Below, in pieces: positions 43,565 to 56,801 of a stretch of 64,000 nucleotides of DNA. Within the stretch, counting starts at the first letter, position 1. Each line of letters begins with the position of its first letter. The stretch comes from Alphaproteobacteria bacterium (GTDB lineage Bacteria; Pseudomonadota; Alphaproteobacteria; UBA6615), in NCBI GenBank assembly GCA_011087645.1, contig JAALLF010000001.1, positions 143,687 through 207,686 of the forward strand, in the 5' to 3' direction. The notes under the pieces are model-generated. The model ran no database searches. It worked only from the letters and a program-made list of their open reading frames with translations, and was not told the DNA's origin. The position numbers were made by a program, and so were the translations under genes.

Positions 43565-44046
43565 GCGTCTCGTTGGCGTGCCTGAACGGCGTTTTCCAGC
43601 GCCTGCAGAAATTGCGAACGGTCCTGTTTGGTAAACGACGCGTTGTAATTACCGCCCTGATCGGTTTCGCGCAGATGGCTCTTGAGCTCGCGCATCGCCA
43701 GGGCGTTGCCGATATTCTCTTGGGTGAATGCCTGTCCGGTCGCCCCCAGCGCCTGCGCGCCGGCCTCGAGACAGCGCGCCGCTAAGGGAATGTCCGACGT
43801 CACCGCGATGTCACCGACACCGATATGTTCGGCGATCCAGTCATCGGCGGCGTCAGGGGTTTCGGGAACGACCACACGGTGGATCAGCGGATTGTCGCCG
43901 CCGTGGCGCAGCCAGCTATTGCCGACCAGATGTACGGTCAGGCCATGGCGCGTAGCGACCCGCAACACCTCGTCCTTGACCGGACAGGCGTCGCCATCGA
44001 CGTAAATCTCTACAGGGGGGATTTCCAAATCGGCGTCTTGCGGCAC
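43561..44046 (-). CDS. YaiI/YqxD (UPF0178) protein
   Basis: IYVDGDACPVK, DAADDWI, VTSDIPLA. Confidence 0.9.
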   Translation of the reverse strand: MPQDADLEIPPVEIYVDGDACPVKDEVLRVATRHGLTVHLVGNSWLRHGGDNPLIHRVVVPETPDAADDWIAEHIGVGDIAVTSDIPLAARCLEAGAQALGATGQAFTQENIGNALAMRELKSHLRETDQGGNYNASFTKQDRSQFLQALENAVQARQRDA

Positions 44047-44050
44047 GCGG

Positions 44051-44392
44051 CTAATGGTCCGAGGCTTTGGCGAACCGGTCGCTCAAGCCCGTATCGTAGT
44101 TCAGACCGTCAGGCGTGAGGGTCACGCCCATCGGATCGGTGCGGGTCAGGCCCTTGCGCGCCAGAACGACCCAAACGGCAGGGTTGGCGAACCCGCTGGC
44201 GTCGCGCGAGGCGACCACATACTCACCGACATGCACATGATCGCCATGGGGACGCGGCAGGTTTGTCAGGGTCACCTCGCCACTGACATCGTCGCGCCGG
44301 CTCGACCCCGGGTCATTGGCCAACACCTGCGCCAACGCCAGGGTGCGCGACTGCAGCTTGTTGAGCCTCAAAGGGTTGATCTTCGGCGGCAC
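44051..44392 (-). CDS. Hypothetical protein (possible small winged-helix-like fold)
   Basis: AGGAG RBS before GTG; NPLRLNKLQ, PHGDHVHVG; co-oriented with yaiI. Confidence 0.65.
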   Translation of the reverse strand: MPPKINPLRLNKLQSRTLALAQVLANDPGSSRRDDVSGEVTLTNLPRPHGDHVHVGEYVVASRDASGFANPAVWVVLARKGLTRTDPMGVTLTPDGLNYDTGLSDRFAKASDH

Positions 44393-44501
44393 CGGTCTCT
44401 CCTGGTCTCTCGGATGTGAGCGTTATGTTGCATGCTCGAACCGCAGGGACCAAACGAAAAGGGCCGGCGCGAGGCCGACCTAAATTTCTGCGGTGCCCGC
44501 T

Positions 44502-44569
44502 CATCCTTCGACAAGCTCAGGATGAGGTTTCGTGAATAAATTTCCTCATCCTGAGCTTGTCGAAGGATG
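44502..44569. repeat. REP-like perfect 26-bp inverted repeat downstream of rpoD
   Basis: CATCCTTCGACAAGCTCAGGATGAGG-16 nt-CCTCATCCTGAGCTTGTCGAAGGATG. Confidence 0.88.
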
Positions 44570-44589
44570 GGGCTGCCGCTGCGCCGAAC

Positions 44590-46656
<2,067 letters not shown>

Positions 46657-46710
46657 TGTCACCCCTTATGCGCAGACACACCGGTGCCACCGGTGCTGTC
46701 CACCAAGCCG

Positions 46711-48516
46711 TTACAGCCCGCCTGTTCCCGTTTGTTCTCGGACGATTTCCAGCAGTCGCTCGCTATTCTCAGAAGTCATTTCGTCCGCAAGTTCCTGTTT
46801 CGCCGCCGCACGATCCACTTCCAGCCGATGGCCCCGGTGCCACGCAATAATGTCGGTTAGCGCTCGAGCCGCATCCTCCGCCGTGGCGTCGGGCGCGGCA
46901 AACAGCGCTTGCCGATAAATATTCGCGTTCAGTACGGCTGCCAATGGCTTTTGATATCCGCACTGATGGAGATGGCGTTGCAAGGCCGTGCTGTCAAGGT
47001 CCGGTTTATCGACTGCGACGTTTAAAATCTCCCGCAATATCCTGTCAAGTTCCGTATTTGTCAGGGAAATATCGGAAAGTTCCTCAACGGCACCATGAAC
47101 TAACTCGTTATGGTTAATTATTATTGAAAGTAATACACGTTCCTGGCGTTCACGCAGCGCGCCAAGATCGCCGCGCAGGCCCAAGTCCGCGGGCGGCAGA
47201 CGCCGATCAGGCGCATTTCCAGAGCGAAAACCGCTTCTTGGCCCCTGATCGCGCCTAAATAATGTGCGCAAATGCTCACGAACCCGCTGCTGATAGTGAT
47301 ATTGCACACCGCGATCGGCGATTTTGGCGACATGTTCGTTGAGGCGGCGTTCTAGCGCCGCGCGCTGCTCCGGCGTGGCGAATTTACCTGCCCCGGTTTC
47401 CAACGCCCAGACCACGTCGACCAGGGGGCGCGCCTTGGTCAATAGATCCTCGAACCCGGTTCGCCCGCGCGCGCTGACCAGACTGTCCGGGTCCTCACCA
47501 GCCGGCAGGGTGACAAAGCGCAGGGATTTGCCCGGCTGCAGTAACGGCAGGGCCCGCTCAGCCGCCCGCAAGGCGGCGCGCTGGCCGGCATTGTCGCCAT
47601 CGAAACATAAGATCGGTTCATCGACCATGCGCCACAGGGCGAGCATCTGCTCTTCGGTGAGCGCGGTGCCCAGGGGCGCCACCGCGTGGGGCACGCCGGC
47701 CTGAGCTAGCGCGATGACATCGGTATAGCCCTCGACGACGATAATGGTGCCGGTGGTCCGCGCCGCTTCGCGCGCCTGGGCCCAGTTATAAAGAACCCGG
47801 CCTTTGTGGAATAACGAGGTCTCCGGCGAGTTGAGATATTTCGGCTGGCCGTCACCCAGAATGCGGCCGCCAAAGGCGATGACCTTGCCGCGGCGATCGG
47901 TGATCGGAAAGATCACCCGGTTGAAGAAGTAGTCGCGCGGTTCGCCGCCGCCCTCGGGCTGCTTGACCAGCCCGCCCTCGATCAACTGCTCACGGGTGAC
48001 GTTACGCGCTTCCAGGGCTTGGCCCAGGCGGCCCCGGCCATCAGGGGCATAACCCAATCGAAACTGAGCGATGGTGGCATCGGAAAAACCGCGCCCGCGC
48101 AGATAATCCAGCGCCTGGGCCCCGCCGGGCTGGGCCAGTTGGTTTTCGTACCAGCCGCAGCTCTGCTCCATGACCTGCTGCAGGGTCTCGCGGCCCTTCG
48201 CCATCTCGCGTTCTTGGGGCGTTTCGCGGGGCACCGCCAAGCCGGCCAGCCCGGCGAGCTTCTCCACCGCCTCGGGAAAGCTCAACCCCTCGGTCTCCAT
48301 GGCGAAACTGATGATGTCGCCGTGCGCGCCGCAACCGAAGCAATGATAGAAGCCCTTATCGTCATTGGCGGTGAAGGACGGCGTTTTCTCATTGTGGAAG
48401 GGGCACAAGCCGGTCGATTCCCGGCCACGGCGGGTCAGCTTGACCTTGGGCGCAATCACCTCCGACACCGCGATGCGGGCGCGCAACTCATCAAGAAATT
48501 GGGGCGGAAAGGCCAT
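46711..48516 (-). CDS. dnaG: DNA primase
   Basis: CPFHNEKTPSF, CFGC, KYLNSPET, VEGYTDVI, FDGDNAG, EDPD. Confidence 0.98.
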   Translation of the reverse strand: MAFPPQFLDELRARIAVSEVIAPKVKLTRRGRESTGLCPFHNEKTPSFTANDDKGFYHCFGCGAHGDIISFAMETEGLSFPEAVEKLAGLAGLAVPRETPQEREMAKGRETLQQVMEQSCGWYENQLAQPGGAQALDYLRGRGFSDATIAQFRLGYAPDGRGRLGQALEARNVTREQLIEGGLVKQPEGGGEPRDYFFNRVIFPITDRRGKVIAFGGRILGDGQPKYLNSPETSLFHKGRVLYNWAQAREAARTTGTIIVVEGYTDVIALAQAGVPHAVAPLGTALTEEQMLALWRMVDEPILCFDGDNAGQRAALRAAERALPLLQPGKSLRFVTLPAGEDPDSLVSARGRTGFEDLLTKARPLVDVVWALETGAGKFATPEQRAALERRLNEHVAKIADRGVQYHYQQRVREHLRTLFRRDQGPRSGFRSGNAPDRRLPPADLGLRGDLGALRERQERVLLSIIINHNELVHGAVEELSDISLTNTELDRILREILNVAVDKPDLDSTALQRHLHQCGYQKPLAAVLNANIYRQALFAAPDATAEDAARALTDIIAWHRGHRLEVDRAAAKQELADEMTSENSERLLEIVREQTGTGGL

Positions 48517-48665
48517 CGGTGGCTTTTTGCAGTTGGCTGTTAGCAGTTAGCCACATGACCGAGAGTCGAACCAGTCGTGTGGGGTCGCGATACTAGACCG
48601 CGCGGCCCCTCCGCGAGCAGTAGAAAGTCAGTCTAATTACGGGGATAACTCTCGCCGGACGCGAA

Positions 48666-49127
48666 TCAGCCAGCGCCGAGCTTTTCCTTGACCAGGGCGC
48701 TCGCCTTGCCAAAGTCCATCTGGCCCGCATAGCGCTCGCGCAAGGCGCCCATCACATTGCCCATATCCTTCAGCCCGCCGGCGCCCACATCGGCGATCAC
48801 CTGATCGACCGCGGCGCCGATCTCGCCATCGCCGAGCTGCTGCGGCAGGAACCGCTCGATGATGGCGATCTCCTCGCCTTCCTGCTCGGCCAATTCCAGA
48901 CGACCGCCCTTTTCATACATCTCGATGGAATCGCGGCGCTGCTTCACCATGGTTTGCAGCATCTGCAATATCTCGTCGTCGCCAACGCCATCGGTATTGC
49001 CCTTGCCACGGGCGGCAATGTCGCGATCTTTTAAGGCCGCCATGATCAGGCGCACGGTGGAAACGGCGCGCTTGTCTTGGTCCTTAAGCGCGGTTCTCAA
49101 AGCCTCGGGAATGGCGTTTCGCAGCAT
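48666..49127 (-). CDS. GatB/YqeY domain protein
   Basis: KQRRDSIEMY..GGR..LAEQE, FLPQQL, KDMGNVMG. Confidence 0.92.
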   Translation of the reverse strand: MLRNAIPEALRTALKDQDKRAVSTVRLIMAALKDRDIAARGKGNTDGVGDDEILQMLQTMVKQRRDSIEMYEKGGRLELAEQEGEEIAIIERFLPQQLGDGEIGAAVDQVIADVGAGGLKDMGNVMGALRERYAGQMDFGKASALVKEKLGAG

Positions 49128-49388
49128 GTCGATATTCTATTTGGGGGGAAGGCGCAGACGGTAGCGGATTTAGAATGGGATAGCAAATTGGGATTGCCTA
49201 CGTAACTTATTGTTTTCAAACAATATTTCTATTTTCACCAATGCTTGACGACTCCTATCGACTAGCTTAAACAACGCGCAATTTGCGCGCCGGTGAACGG
49301 TGCGCAGGGCTCGAAACTGGGTCTCAGCCATATAATTCATCCCTGGCGGCGCCAACACCGCCGCCTCGCGAACAAGGATCCCATTCGA

Positions 49389-50561
49389 ATGGCCGCTGAC
49401 GCGCGCAACGACCGGAGCCAGCCCGAATGGGCGACCGGCGCGTTGGTTCTGGCCGACGGCACGGTGTTTTGGGCGCGTGGCGTCGGCGCGGTGGGCGCCG
49501 CGGTCGGCGAGGTGTGCTTCAACACCTCGATCACCGGGTATCAGGAAATTCTCACCGACCCGTCCTATGCCGGCCAAATAATCACCTTCACCTTCCCCCA
49601 TATCGGCAATGTCGGCACCAACCCCGAAGACGTCGAGACCAATGTTCCCGCCGCCCGCGGCTGCATTTTGCGCGCCGACATTTCCAACCCGGCGAACTGG
49701 CGCTCGACGCAGCATTTGGATGCCTGGCTGCAATCACGAAATTTGGTCGCCATCGCCGGCGTCGACACCCGCAGCCTGACCCGCGCCATTCGCGACGGCG
49801 GCGCGCCCAACGGCGCCATCGTCAACCAGCCCAATGACCCGATTAATCCCGCCGCCCTGAAAGCCGCCGCCAATAATTGGCCCGGCCTGGAAGGCATGGA
49901 TTTAGCCGCGGAAGTCTCGTGCACCCAGACCTATGAGTGGACCGAGACCCGGTGGCGGCTGGGCGAAGGCTATGGCGAAGCGCAAGCACCGCAACGTCAC
50001 GTGGTCGCCGTCGATTTCGGCGCCAAGCATAATATCCTGCGCTGCCTGGCTGATTTGGGCTGCCGCGTCACTGTTGTGCCGGCCTCAGCCAGCGCGGCAG
50101 ATATACTGCGCCACCGCCCCGATGGGGTGTTTCTATCGAATGGCCCCGGCGACCCTGCGGCGACCGGCGAATATGCGGTGCCGATGATCCGCGAGGTGAT
50201 CGATACCGACGTGCCGGTCTTCGGTATTTGCCTGGGCCATCAAATGCTCGCCCTGGCGCTCGGCGCCAAGACCGAGAAAATGCATCACGGCCATCGCGGC
50301 GCCAATCACCCGGTCAAGGATTTGCAAACCGGCAAAGTCGAGATCACCAGCCAGAACCATGGCTTCGTGGTGGTCGACGAGTCCTTACCGGCGAACGTCG
50401 TCGCGACCCACCGCTCGCTGTTCGACAACAGTCTGGAAGGTCTGCGGGCCACCGACCGGCCAATATTCTCGGTGCAATATCACCCGGAAGCCTCACCCGG
50501 CCCGCAAGACGCTCACTATCTGTTCCAGCGTTTCATCGAAATGATGGAAGAGGCGAGATAG
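49389..50561 (+). CDS. carA: Carbamoyl-phosphate synthase small subunit
   Basis: GEVCFNTSITGYQE, SNGPGDP, GICLGHQ, QYHPE; start placed at ATG 49389. Confidence 0.97.
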   Translation: MAADARNDRSQPEWATGALVLADGTVFWARGVGAVGAAVGEVCFNTSITGYQEILTDPSYAGQIITFTFPHIGNVGTNPEDVETNVPAARGCILRADISNPANWRSTQHLDAWLQSRNLVAIAGVDTRSLTRAIRDGGAPNGAIVNQPNDPINPAALKAAANNWPGLEGMDLAAEVSCTQTYEWTETRWRLGEGYGEAQAPQRHVVAVDFGAKHNILRCLADLGCRVTVVPASASAADILRHRPDGVFLSNGPGDPAATGEYAVPMIREVIDTDVPVFGICLGHQMLALALGAKTEKMHHGHRGANHPVKDLQTGKVEITSQNHGFVVVDESLPANVVATHRSLFDNSLEGLRATDRPIFSVQYHPEASPGPQDAHYLFQRFIEMMEEAR

Positions 50562-50564
50562 ATC

Positions 50565-53500
50565 ATGCCCGCACGCACCGACCTTAAATCAATCATGATT
50601 GTTGGCGCCGGGCCGATTGTTATCGGCCAGGCCTGCGAGTTCGATTATTCGGGCACCCAGGCGGTCAAGGCGCTGCGCGAAGAGGGCTACCGGGTGGTGC
50701 TGGTAAATTCAAACCCGGCGACCATCATGACCGACCCGTCGATGGCCGACGCCACCTATGTGGAGCCGATCACCCCGGACATTGTCGCGCAAATATTGGA
50801 AATGGAGCGCCCCGACGCCATCCTGCCGACCATGGGCGGCCAGACCGCGCTGAACACCTGCCTGACCCTGGCGCGCAACGGCACCTTGGAGCGGCTCGGC
50901 GTCGAGATGATCGGCGCCAAAGCCGATGTCATCGACAAGGCCGAGGACCGGCTGCAATTTCGCGAAGCGATGTCCGAGATCGGCCTGGAATCGCCGCAGA
51001 GCACCTTGGTGCGCGACCGCCAATCGGCCGATGCGGCGCTCGACGATGTCGGCTTGCCCGCCATCATCCGGCCCAGCTTTACATTGGCCGGCACCGGCGG
51101 CGGTGTTGCCTATAACCGCGAGGAATATTTCGAAATCGTCGAAAGCGGCCTCGCCGCCTCGCCGGTCACCGAGGTGCTGGTTGAAGAGTCCGTCCTCGGG
51201 TGGAAAGAGTATGAGATGGAGGTGGTGCGCGACAGCGCCGACAATTGCATCATCGTCTGCTCGATCGAGAATATCGACCCGATGGGCGTGCATACCGGCG
51301 ATTCGATTACCGTAGCGCCGGCGCTGACCCTGACCGACAAAGAATATCAGATCATGCGCGACGCCTCGATCGCGTGTTTGCGCGAAATCGGCGTCGATAC
51401 CGGCGGCTCGAACGTGCAGTTCGCGGTCAATCCGGATAATGGGCGCATGGTGGTCATCGAGATGAACCCGCGGGTCAGCCGCTCGTCGGCGCTGGCCTCG
51501 AAGGCGACCGGCTTTCCGATTGCTAAGATTGCGGCAAAACTGGCCATCGGCTACACGCTGGACGAGCTGGACAACGACATTACCGGCGTCACCCCGGCCA
51601 GCTTCGAGCCGACCATCGATTATGTGGTGACCAAAATTCCGCGCTTCACCTTCGAGAAGTTTCCCGGCACCGACCCGCTATTGACCACCTCGATGAAATC
51701 GGTCGGCGAGGCGATGGCGATTGGCCGCACCTTCGCCGAAAGCCTGCAAAAGGCCCTGCGTTCCATGGAGACTGGCCTCACCGGCCTCAACGAAATTGAA
51801 ATTCCGGGCGCCCATATCGCCGATTCGGGCCGCGATTACGAACCCGATGCGGTGCGCGCGGCGCTGGGCCGGCCGACCCCGGACCGGCTGCTGATCACCG
51901 CGCAAGCCCTGCGGCTCGGCGTCGCCCTTGAAGAAGTGCAACGGGTGACCCGCTACGACCCCTGGTTCCTGGAACAGCTCGCCGGCATCGTCGAGGCGGA
52001 AGCCAATGTGCGCCGCGACGGCCTGCCCGACGATTATGACCGCTTGCTGGGACTGAAGCAGATGGGCTTTTCCGACACCCGCCTGGCCGAGCTGAGCGGC
52101 CAATCAGAAGCCGAGGTAACCGCCTTGCGGCATTCGCTGGCGCTGGCGCCGGTCTATAAGCGCATCGACACCTGCGCCGCCGAATTTCCCAGCCAGACAC
52201 CTTATATGTACTCCGCTTACGAGGGTTGCGCCGCCCAGCCGGGCGAAAACGAAGCGCGGCCCAGCGAACGCGAGAAGGTCATCATCCTGGGCGGTGGGCC
52301 CAACCGCATCGGCCAGGGCATCGAATTCGACTATTGCTGCGTCCACGCCGTATTCGCGCTGATCGAGGCGGGCTACGAGACCATCATGGTCAATTGCAAT
52401 CCCGAGACCGTTTCGACCGACTACGATACCTCCGACCGGCTCTATTTCGAACCGTTGACCGCCGAGGACGTGATCGAGATTTGCCGGGTCGAACAACAGG
52501 CCGGCACCTTGAAGGGGGTGATCGTGCAGTTCGGCGGGCAGACGCCGCTGAAACTGGCCAACGCGCTGGAGGCCGCCGATATCCCCATCCTGGGCACCTC
52601 GCCCGACGCCATCGACCTGGCCGAGGACCGCAAACGGTTCCAGGAAATGCTGCAAAAGCTAAAACTGCGCCAGCCGGAAAACGGCCTCGCCACCAGCGCT
52701 GAGGAAGCGCTGGCCGTAGCGGAACAGCTATCCTTCCCCCTGCTCATCCGCCCGTCCTATGTGCTGGGCGGCCGGGCCATGGAAATCGTCCACGATATGG
52801 ATGGCGTAGTGCGCTACATCACCGAAGCGGTGAAGGTCTCTGGCGATAGCCCAGTGTTGCTCGACAGCTTCCTGCAAGACGCAATCGAGGTCGATGTCGA
52901 CGCGCTGGGCGATACCAAGGGCGATATTTACGTCGCCGGCATCATGGAGCATATCGAAGAGGCCGGCATCCATAGCGGCGACAGCGCCTGCTCGTTGCCG
53001 CCCTTTTCATTGCCCGACGAGGTTCTCGACGAAATTCGCCGGCAAGCGGCGGTGTTGGCGCGGACCCTAAATGTGGTCGGACTGATGAATGTGCAATTCG
53101 CCGTCAAGGATGACGAGGTCTACATCATCGAGGTCAATCCGCGAGCTAGCCGCACTGTGCCGTTCGTCGCCAAGGCAACCGGCATTCCGATCGCCAAGGT
53201 TGCTGCCCGGCTGATGGCCGGCGAGTCGCTGGCCAGCTTCGGGCTTGGTGAAAGCGCGGCGGCGACCGCCCCGGAACTCAGCCATGTCGCCATCAAGGAA
53301 GCGGTGTTCCCCTTCGCCCGGTTCCCCGGGGTCGACACGATTTTGGGCCCGGAGATGAAATCGACCGGCGAAGTGATGGGCCTCGACAGCGATTTCGGTC
53401 ATGCGTTCGCCAAATCACAGCTTGGCGGCGGCACCAAGGTTCCCACATCGGGCCGGGTATTCATATCGGTGCGCGAGCGCGATAAGGCGTCGATGATCGA

Positions 53501-53852
53501 CCTGGCGCGCCGCCTCTCGGAGCTCGGCTTCGAGATCGTCGCGACGCGGGGCACGGCGCGCGCGTTGGAAGATCAAGAGGTTCCGGTCCGCACGATCAAC
53601 AAGGTGCTTGAAGGCCGGCCTCATATTGTTGACGCCATGGCCAACAACGAAATCGATCTGGTGTTCAACACCACCGAGGGCGCGCAATCAATCGCCGACA
53701 GCTACAGCCTGCGGCGTACCGCACTCACCCAGTCCATACCCTACTACACAACCGTCGCTGGCGCGCGGGCGGCACTAATGGCGATTGAGGCAATGAGCGC
53801 CGGTGGTCTTGAAGTCGCGCCCCTGCAGTCTTATTTTAACACGTCGTTTTAA
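50565..53852 (+). CDS. carB: Carbamoyl-phosphate synthase large subunit
   Basis: [39 protein letters not shown]-terminal MGS domain. Confidence 0.99.
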   Translation: MPARTDLKSIMIVGAGPIVIGQACEFDYSGTQAVKALREEGYRVVLVNSNPATIMTDPSMADATYVEPITPDIVAQILEMERPDAILPTMGGQTALNTCLTLARNGTLERLGVEMIGAKADVIDKAEDRLQFREAMSEIGLESPQSTLVRDRQSADAALDDVGLPAIIRPSFTLAGTGGGVAYNREEYFEIVESGLAASPVTEVLVEESVLGWKEYEMEVVRDSADNCIIVCSIENIDPMGVHTGDSITVAPALTLTDKEYQIMRDASIACLREIGVDTGGSNVQFAVNPDNGRMVVIEMNPRVSRSSALASKATGFPIAKIAAKLAIGYTLDELDNDITGVTPASFEPTIDYVVTKIPRFTFEKFPGTDPLLTTSMKSVGEAMAIGRTFAESLQKALRSMETGLTGLNEIEIPGAHIADSGRDYEPDAVRAALGRPTPDRLLITAQALRLGVALEEVQRVTRYDPWFLEQLAGIVEAEANVRRDGLPDDYDRLLGLKQMGFSDTRLAELSGQSEAEVTALRHSLALAPVYKRIDTCAAEFPSQTPYMYSAYEGCAAQPGENEARPSEREKVIILGGGPNRIGQGIEFDYCCVHAVFALIEAGYETIMVNCNPETVSTDYDTSDRLYFEPLTAEDVIEICRVEQQAGTLKGVIVQFGGQTPLKLANALEAADIPILGTSPDAIDLAEDRKRFQEMLQKLKLRQPENGLATSAEEALAVAEQLSFPLLIRPSYVLGGRAMEIVHDMDGVVRYITEAVKVSGDSPVLLDSFLQDAIEVDVDALGDTKGDIYVAGIMEHIEEAGIHSGDSACSLPPFSLPDEVLDEIRRQAAVLARTLNVVGLMNVQFAVKDDEVYIIEVNPRASRTVPFVAKATGIPIAKVAARLMAGESLASFGLGESAAATAPELSHVAIKEAVFPFARFPGVDTILGPEMKSTGEVMGLDSDFGHAFAKSQLGGGTKVPTSGRVFISVRERDKASMIDLARRLSELGFEIVATRGTARALEDQEVPVRTINKVLEGRPHIVDAMANNEIDLVFNTTEGAQSIADSYSLRRTALTQSIPYYTTVAGARAALMAIEAMSAGGLEVAPLQSYFNTSF

Positions 53853-53965
53853 CGAAGTTGTGGCATGGTTTTGCCCTAACGGCCTTAATCGCAGACATAC
53901 TCATGTGTGCGAACGTGTGTCTTTTGGGTGATTTATAGTTTAACTTTCAAATACTTAGTCGAATC

Positions 53966-54439
53966 ATGGATAAAACACCAATGACCGCTGAGGGTCACGC
54001 AACCCTCCAGGACGAATTGCGCAATTTAAAGACCGTGGAGCGCCCGGCCGTCATCAAAGCCATCGCTGCGGCCCGCGAACACGGTGATTTGTCCGAAAAC
54101 GCCGAATATCACGCGGCGCGTGAACGGCAGAGCTTTATCGAGGGCCGGATCGGCGAACTCGAGGACGCGACAAAACGCGCCGAGATCATCGACACCTCGA
54201 AGCTGAAGGGCAAAACCGTGCGGTTTGGCGCCAAGGTGAAGCTCGCCGACGAAGAGAGCGGCGACGAAATCACCTATCAGTTGGTCGGTGAGTTCGAAGC
54301 GGATTTGAAGAAGAAGAAAATCTCGATCGCCTCGCCCCTCGGTAAAGCTCTGATCGGTCGCGAAGCCGAGGACAGCGTCGAAGTGCAGACGCCCAACGGC
54401 GTGCGCTATTACGAGATCGTCTCCGTCCGCTTCAAATAG
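53966..54439 (+). CDS. greA: Transcription elongation factor GreA
   Basis: [22 protein letters not shown]. Confidence 0.98.
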   Translation: MDKTPMTAEGHATLQDELRNLKTVERPAVIKAIAAAREHGDLSENAEYHAARERQSFIEGRIGELEDATKRAEIIDTSKLKGKTVRFGAKVKLADEESGDEITYQLVGEFEADLKKKKISIASPLGKALIGREAEDSVEVQTPNGVRYYEIVSVRFK

Positions 54440-54473
54440 CGCTGCATTTAAGTCCCCTTACTACCCCGAGACA

Positions 54474-54508
54474 GCTCACCCTTCGAGACGCGCTTCTCAA
54501 GATAAGGC
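54474..54508. repeat. Degenerate single arm related to the REP-like repeat at 44502
   Basis: GCTCACCCTTCGAGACGCGCTTCTCAAGATAAGGC versus GCTCATCCTTCGACAAGCTCAGGATGAGG. Confidence 0.45.
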
Positions 54509-54602
54509 TATCCGAGAATTGTTGGCTCAAATCACTCCTTTGCGCCAAAGCGATCGCCTGTGAAAATAGCCGGCGTCCACCACAGATCAGGAGATGGCCA
54601 CC

Positions 54603-55001
54603 ATGTCCGGGCCGATTTTTCATAGCTTCAGTGCAGCACCAACCCCGGTGGCGCCGTTTAGCCATGCTGTCGAATGCGACGGCTGGGTCCAGCTCACCGG
54701 ACAGATGCCCACGGACCCCGATGATGATGCAAGCCCCCTACCGGAAGGTGCCGCGGCGCAAACCCGGCGGGTTATGGACAACCTGATCATCGTCCTCGGT
54801 GAACTGGGATTGTCGTTGGATAATGTAATTTCGGCGCGGGTCTACATTACCGAATTCGAACGCGACTACGATATTATGAACGAGACCTACAAATCCTATT
54901 TCCCCACCGATCGCCTGCCGGCACGCACATGCGTCGGCGTTACCGGACTAGCCCGCAACGCGTTGGTGGAAATCGACATGGTGGCGAAACGCCCTGCCTG
55001 A
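54603..55001 (+). CDS. RidA/YjgF family protein
   Basis: APFSHAV, TGQMP, MNETY..YF, PARTCVGV, LVEID; AGGAG RBS favours ATG 54603. Confidence 0.9.
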   Translation: MSGPIFHSFSAAPTPVAPFSHAVECDGWVQLTGQMPTDPDDDASPLPEGAAAQTRRVMDNLIIVLGELGLSLDNVISARVYITEFERDYDIMNETYKSYFPTDRLPARTCVGVTGLARNALVEIDMVAKRPA

Positions 55002-55077
55002 TTTGTCGAAAATCCATCACACCGGCTCTGATAGTTGATTTAGGGTGGGGCCGGCGACTGTCAGCTTTCAGCAAAAT

Positions 55078-55602
55078 TTAGGATTCCGGATCGTCCACCG
55101 GCACACCGGATTCGTGCTTGGATGTGCGGATTACCTGGAACGTCTGCACGGTCGTGACATGCTCGACGCTGGTTAGCCGGGTGGTGAGTTCATTTTCGTG
55201 GGAGGTGTTTCGCGCGACCATGCGCAGCAAAAAGTCACCACCGCCACGGATCATGTCGCAGCGCCGCACTTCCGGCCAGGCGCCCACTTGCGCTTCGAAG
55301 CCGGCGAGCACTTCACCGGCCTGGCTGTCGAGGCCGACCAGCGCGTGGAACGACACTTCATAGCCGAGCAACTCGCCATCCAGTTCGGCATGGAAACCCT
55401 TGATGTAACCGGCGGCCTCCAACGCCCGCACCCGCCGCAAGCAGGGCGGCGCGGAGATGCCTGAAAGCCGGGCGAGTTCCACATTGGTCATACGGCCATC
55501 GTCGCGCAGATGGCGCAGAATACGGCGATCAATGGCGTCCAGCTTGACCCGGCGGTTGGCGTCGGTATCGGTGGGATCGGAAGTTGTCGTCATGAACACC
55601 AT
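55078..55602 (-). CDS. Lrp/AsnC family transcriptional regulator
   Basis: LDAIDRRIL..L..DGRMTNVELA, SAPPCLRRVRALE; GGAGA RBS before ATG 55602. Confidence 0.92.
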   Translation of the reverse strand: MVFMTTTSDPTDTDANRRVKLDAIDRRILRHLRDDGRMTNVELARLSGISAPPCLRRVRALEAAGYIKGFHAELDGELLGYEVSFHALVGLDSQAGEVLAGFEAQVGAWPEVRRCDMIRGGGDFLLRMVARNTSHENELTTRLTSVEHVTTVQTFQVIRTSKHESGVPVDDPES

Positions 55603-55748
55603 GTCTCCAAAATTCGCCGCGCGATTATTAGGAATCATCGCGGCCGGTCGCCTATATTGGCTGTACACGGGCTGGCAGGCCGATGCTAGCAAATTGAAAT
55701 AATATTTCAATCGGCGCTAGGCCCGATTTCTAACTGTTCGAGTTCTTC

Positions 55749-56753
55749 GTGACCGACGCCGCCACCGAAAACCCCTCCGGCACCGCGCCTGTAACCTGGA
55801 TCGTGACCGACGGCCGGCTGGGTATGATCAATCAATGCCGCGGTCTGGCCGCCGCGCTGGGGGTGCAAGCAGCGGAGAAGGTAATCGCGCTTGCACGGCC
55901 ATGGAAGTGGGTGCCGCCGGCGATAACCCCGGCGCGGCTCAGTGTGCTGGCCGCGTCGGGCGACCCATTGGCGCCGCCGTGGCCAGATCTGCTGATCGCC
56001 ACGGGGCGAAAATCGGTGGCGCCGGCCTTGGCGGTCCGGCGCGCCAGCGGTGGACAGACCTTTTGCGTGCAGATCCAAAACCCCGATATCGCCTTGGAAA
56101 AATTCGATCTGGTCATCGCCCCCGGCCACGACCGGCTGGTCGGCGCCAATGTCTTCAGCACCCTGGGCTCGTTGCACGGCGTGACCAGCACCGTCCTCGA
56201 TGACGCCAGGACCCGTTTCGCCAACGACCTCGCTGCACCGCCGCGACCACTGATCGCCGTGTTGTTGGGCGGCAACAATGCGGTCTATCACCTCGACGCT
56301 GCGCACGCCGCGCGGCTGGCCGACGATCTTGCGACGCTCGCGAACGCGCAAGGCTGCGGCCTCGCCATCACCGCCTCGCCACGCACCCCGCCGGAAGCGG
56401 TCGATGTCATCAAACAAGGTCTGGCGACCGAATTGACCAACGGGTCGGCGCTATTCTGGGATGGCGCCGACGCCAACCCTTATCTGGGCTATTTGGCCCA
56501 CGCCGACGCCATCCTGGTGACTGGTGATTCGGTGAACATGGTCAGCGAAGCCGCGGCGACTGGCAAACCGGTCCATATCATCGAATTAGCCGGCGGGTCG
56601 GATAAGTTCAGCCGCTTTCATACCGTCATGGCCCAAGCCGGCATCACCCGGCCCTTCGCCGGTAAGGTCGAACAGTGGTCCTATAAGGTCCCCAGTGATA
56701 CCGCGCAGGCGGCCGCGGAAATCCGCCGCCGCATGAGCCAAGCGGGCGCGTGA
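55749..56753 (+). CDS. ELM1-family (mitochondrial fission ELM1-like, predicted GT-B fold) protein
   Basis: DGRLGMINQCRGLA, PPWPDLLIATGR, HDRL, SPRTP, NPYLGYL, VTGDSVNMVSEA. Confidence 0.88.
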   Translation: MTDAATENPSGTAPVTWIVTDGRLGMINQCRGLAAALGVQAAEKVIALARPWKWVPPAITPARLSVLAASGDPLAPPWPDLLIATGRKSVAPALAVRRASGGQTFCVQIQNPDIALEKFDLVIAPGHDRLVGANVFSTLGSLHGVTSTVLDDARTRFANDLAAPPRPLIAVLLGGNNAVYHLDAAHAARLADDLATLANAQGCGLAITASPRTPPEAVDVIKQGLATELTNGSALFWDGADANPYLGYLAHADAILVTGDSVNMVSEAAATGKPVHIIELAGGSDKFSRFHTVMAQAGITRPFAGKVEQWSYKVPSDTAQAAAEIRRRMSQAGA

Positions 56754-56801
56754 GGCATTATGCCCTTTGCAATCACTCGATCTGCGGTCTAAGAGACCGG
56801 C

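Noticed and set aside
55736..55746. GTTC-GA-GTTC upstream of the ELM1-like gene as an SOS box
   Set aside because: The spacer is 2 nt rather than 7
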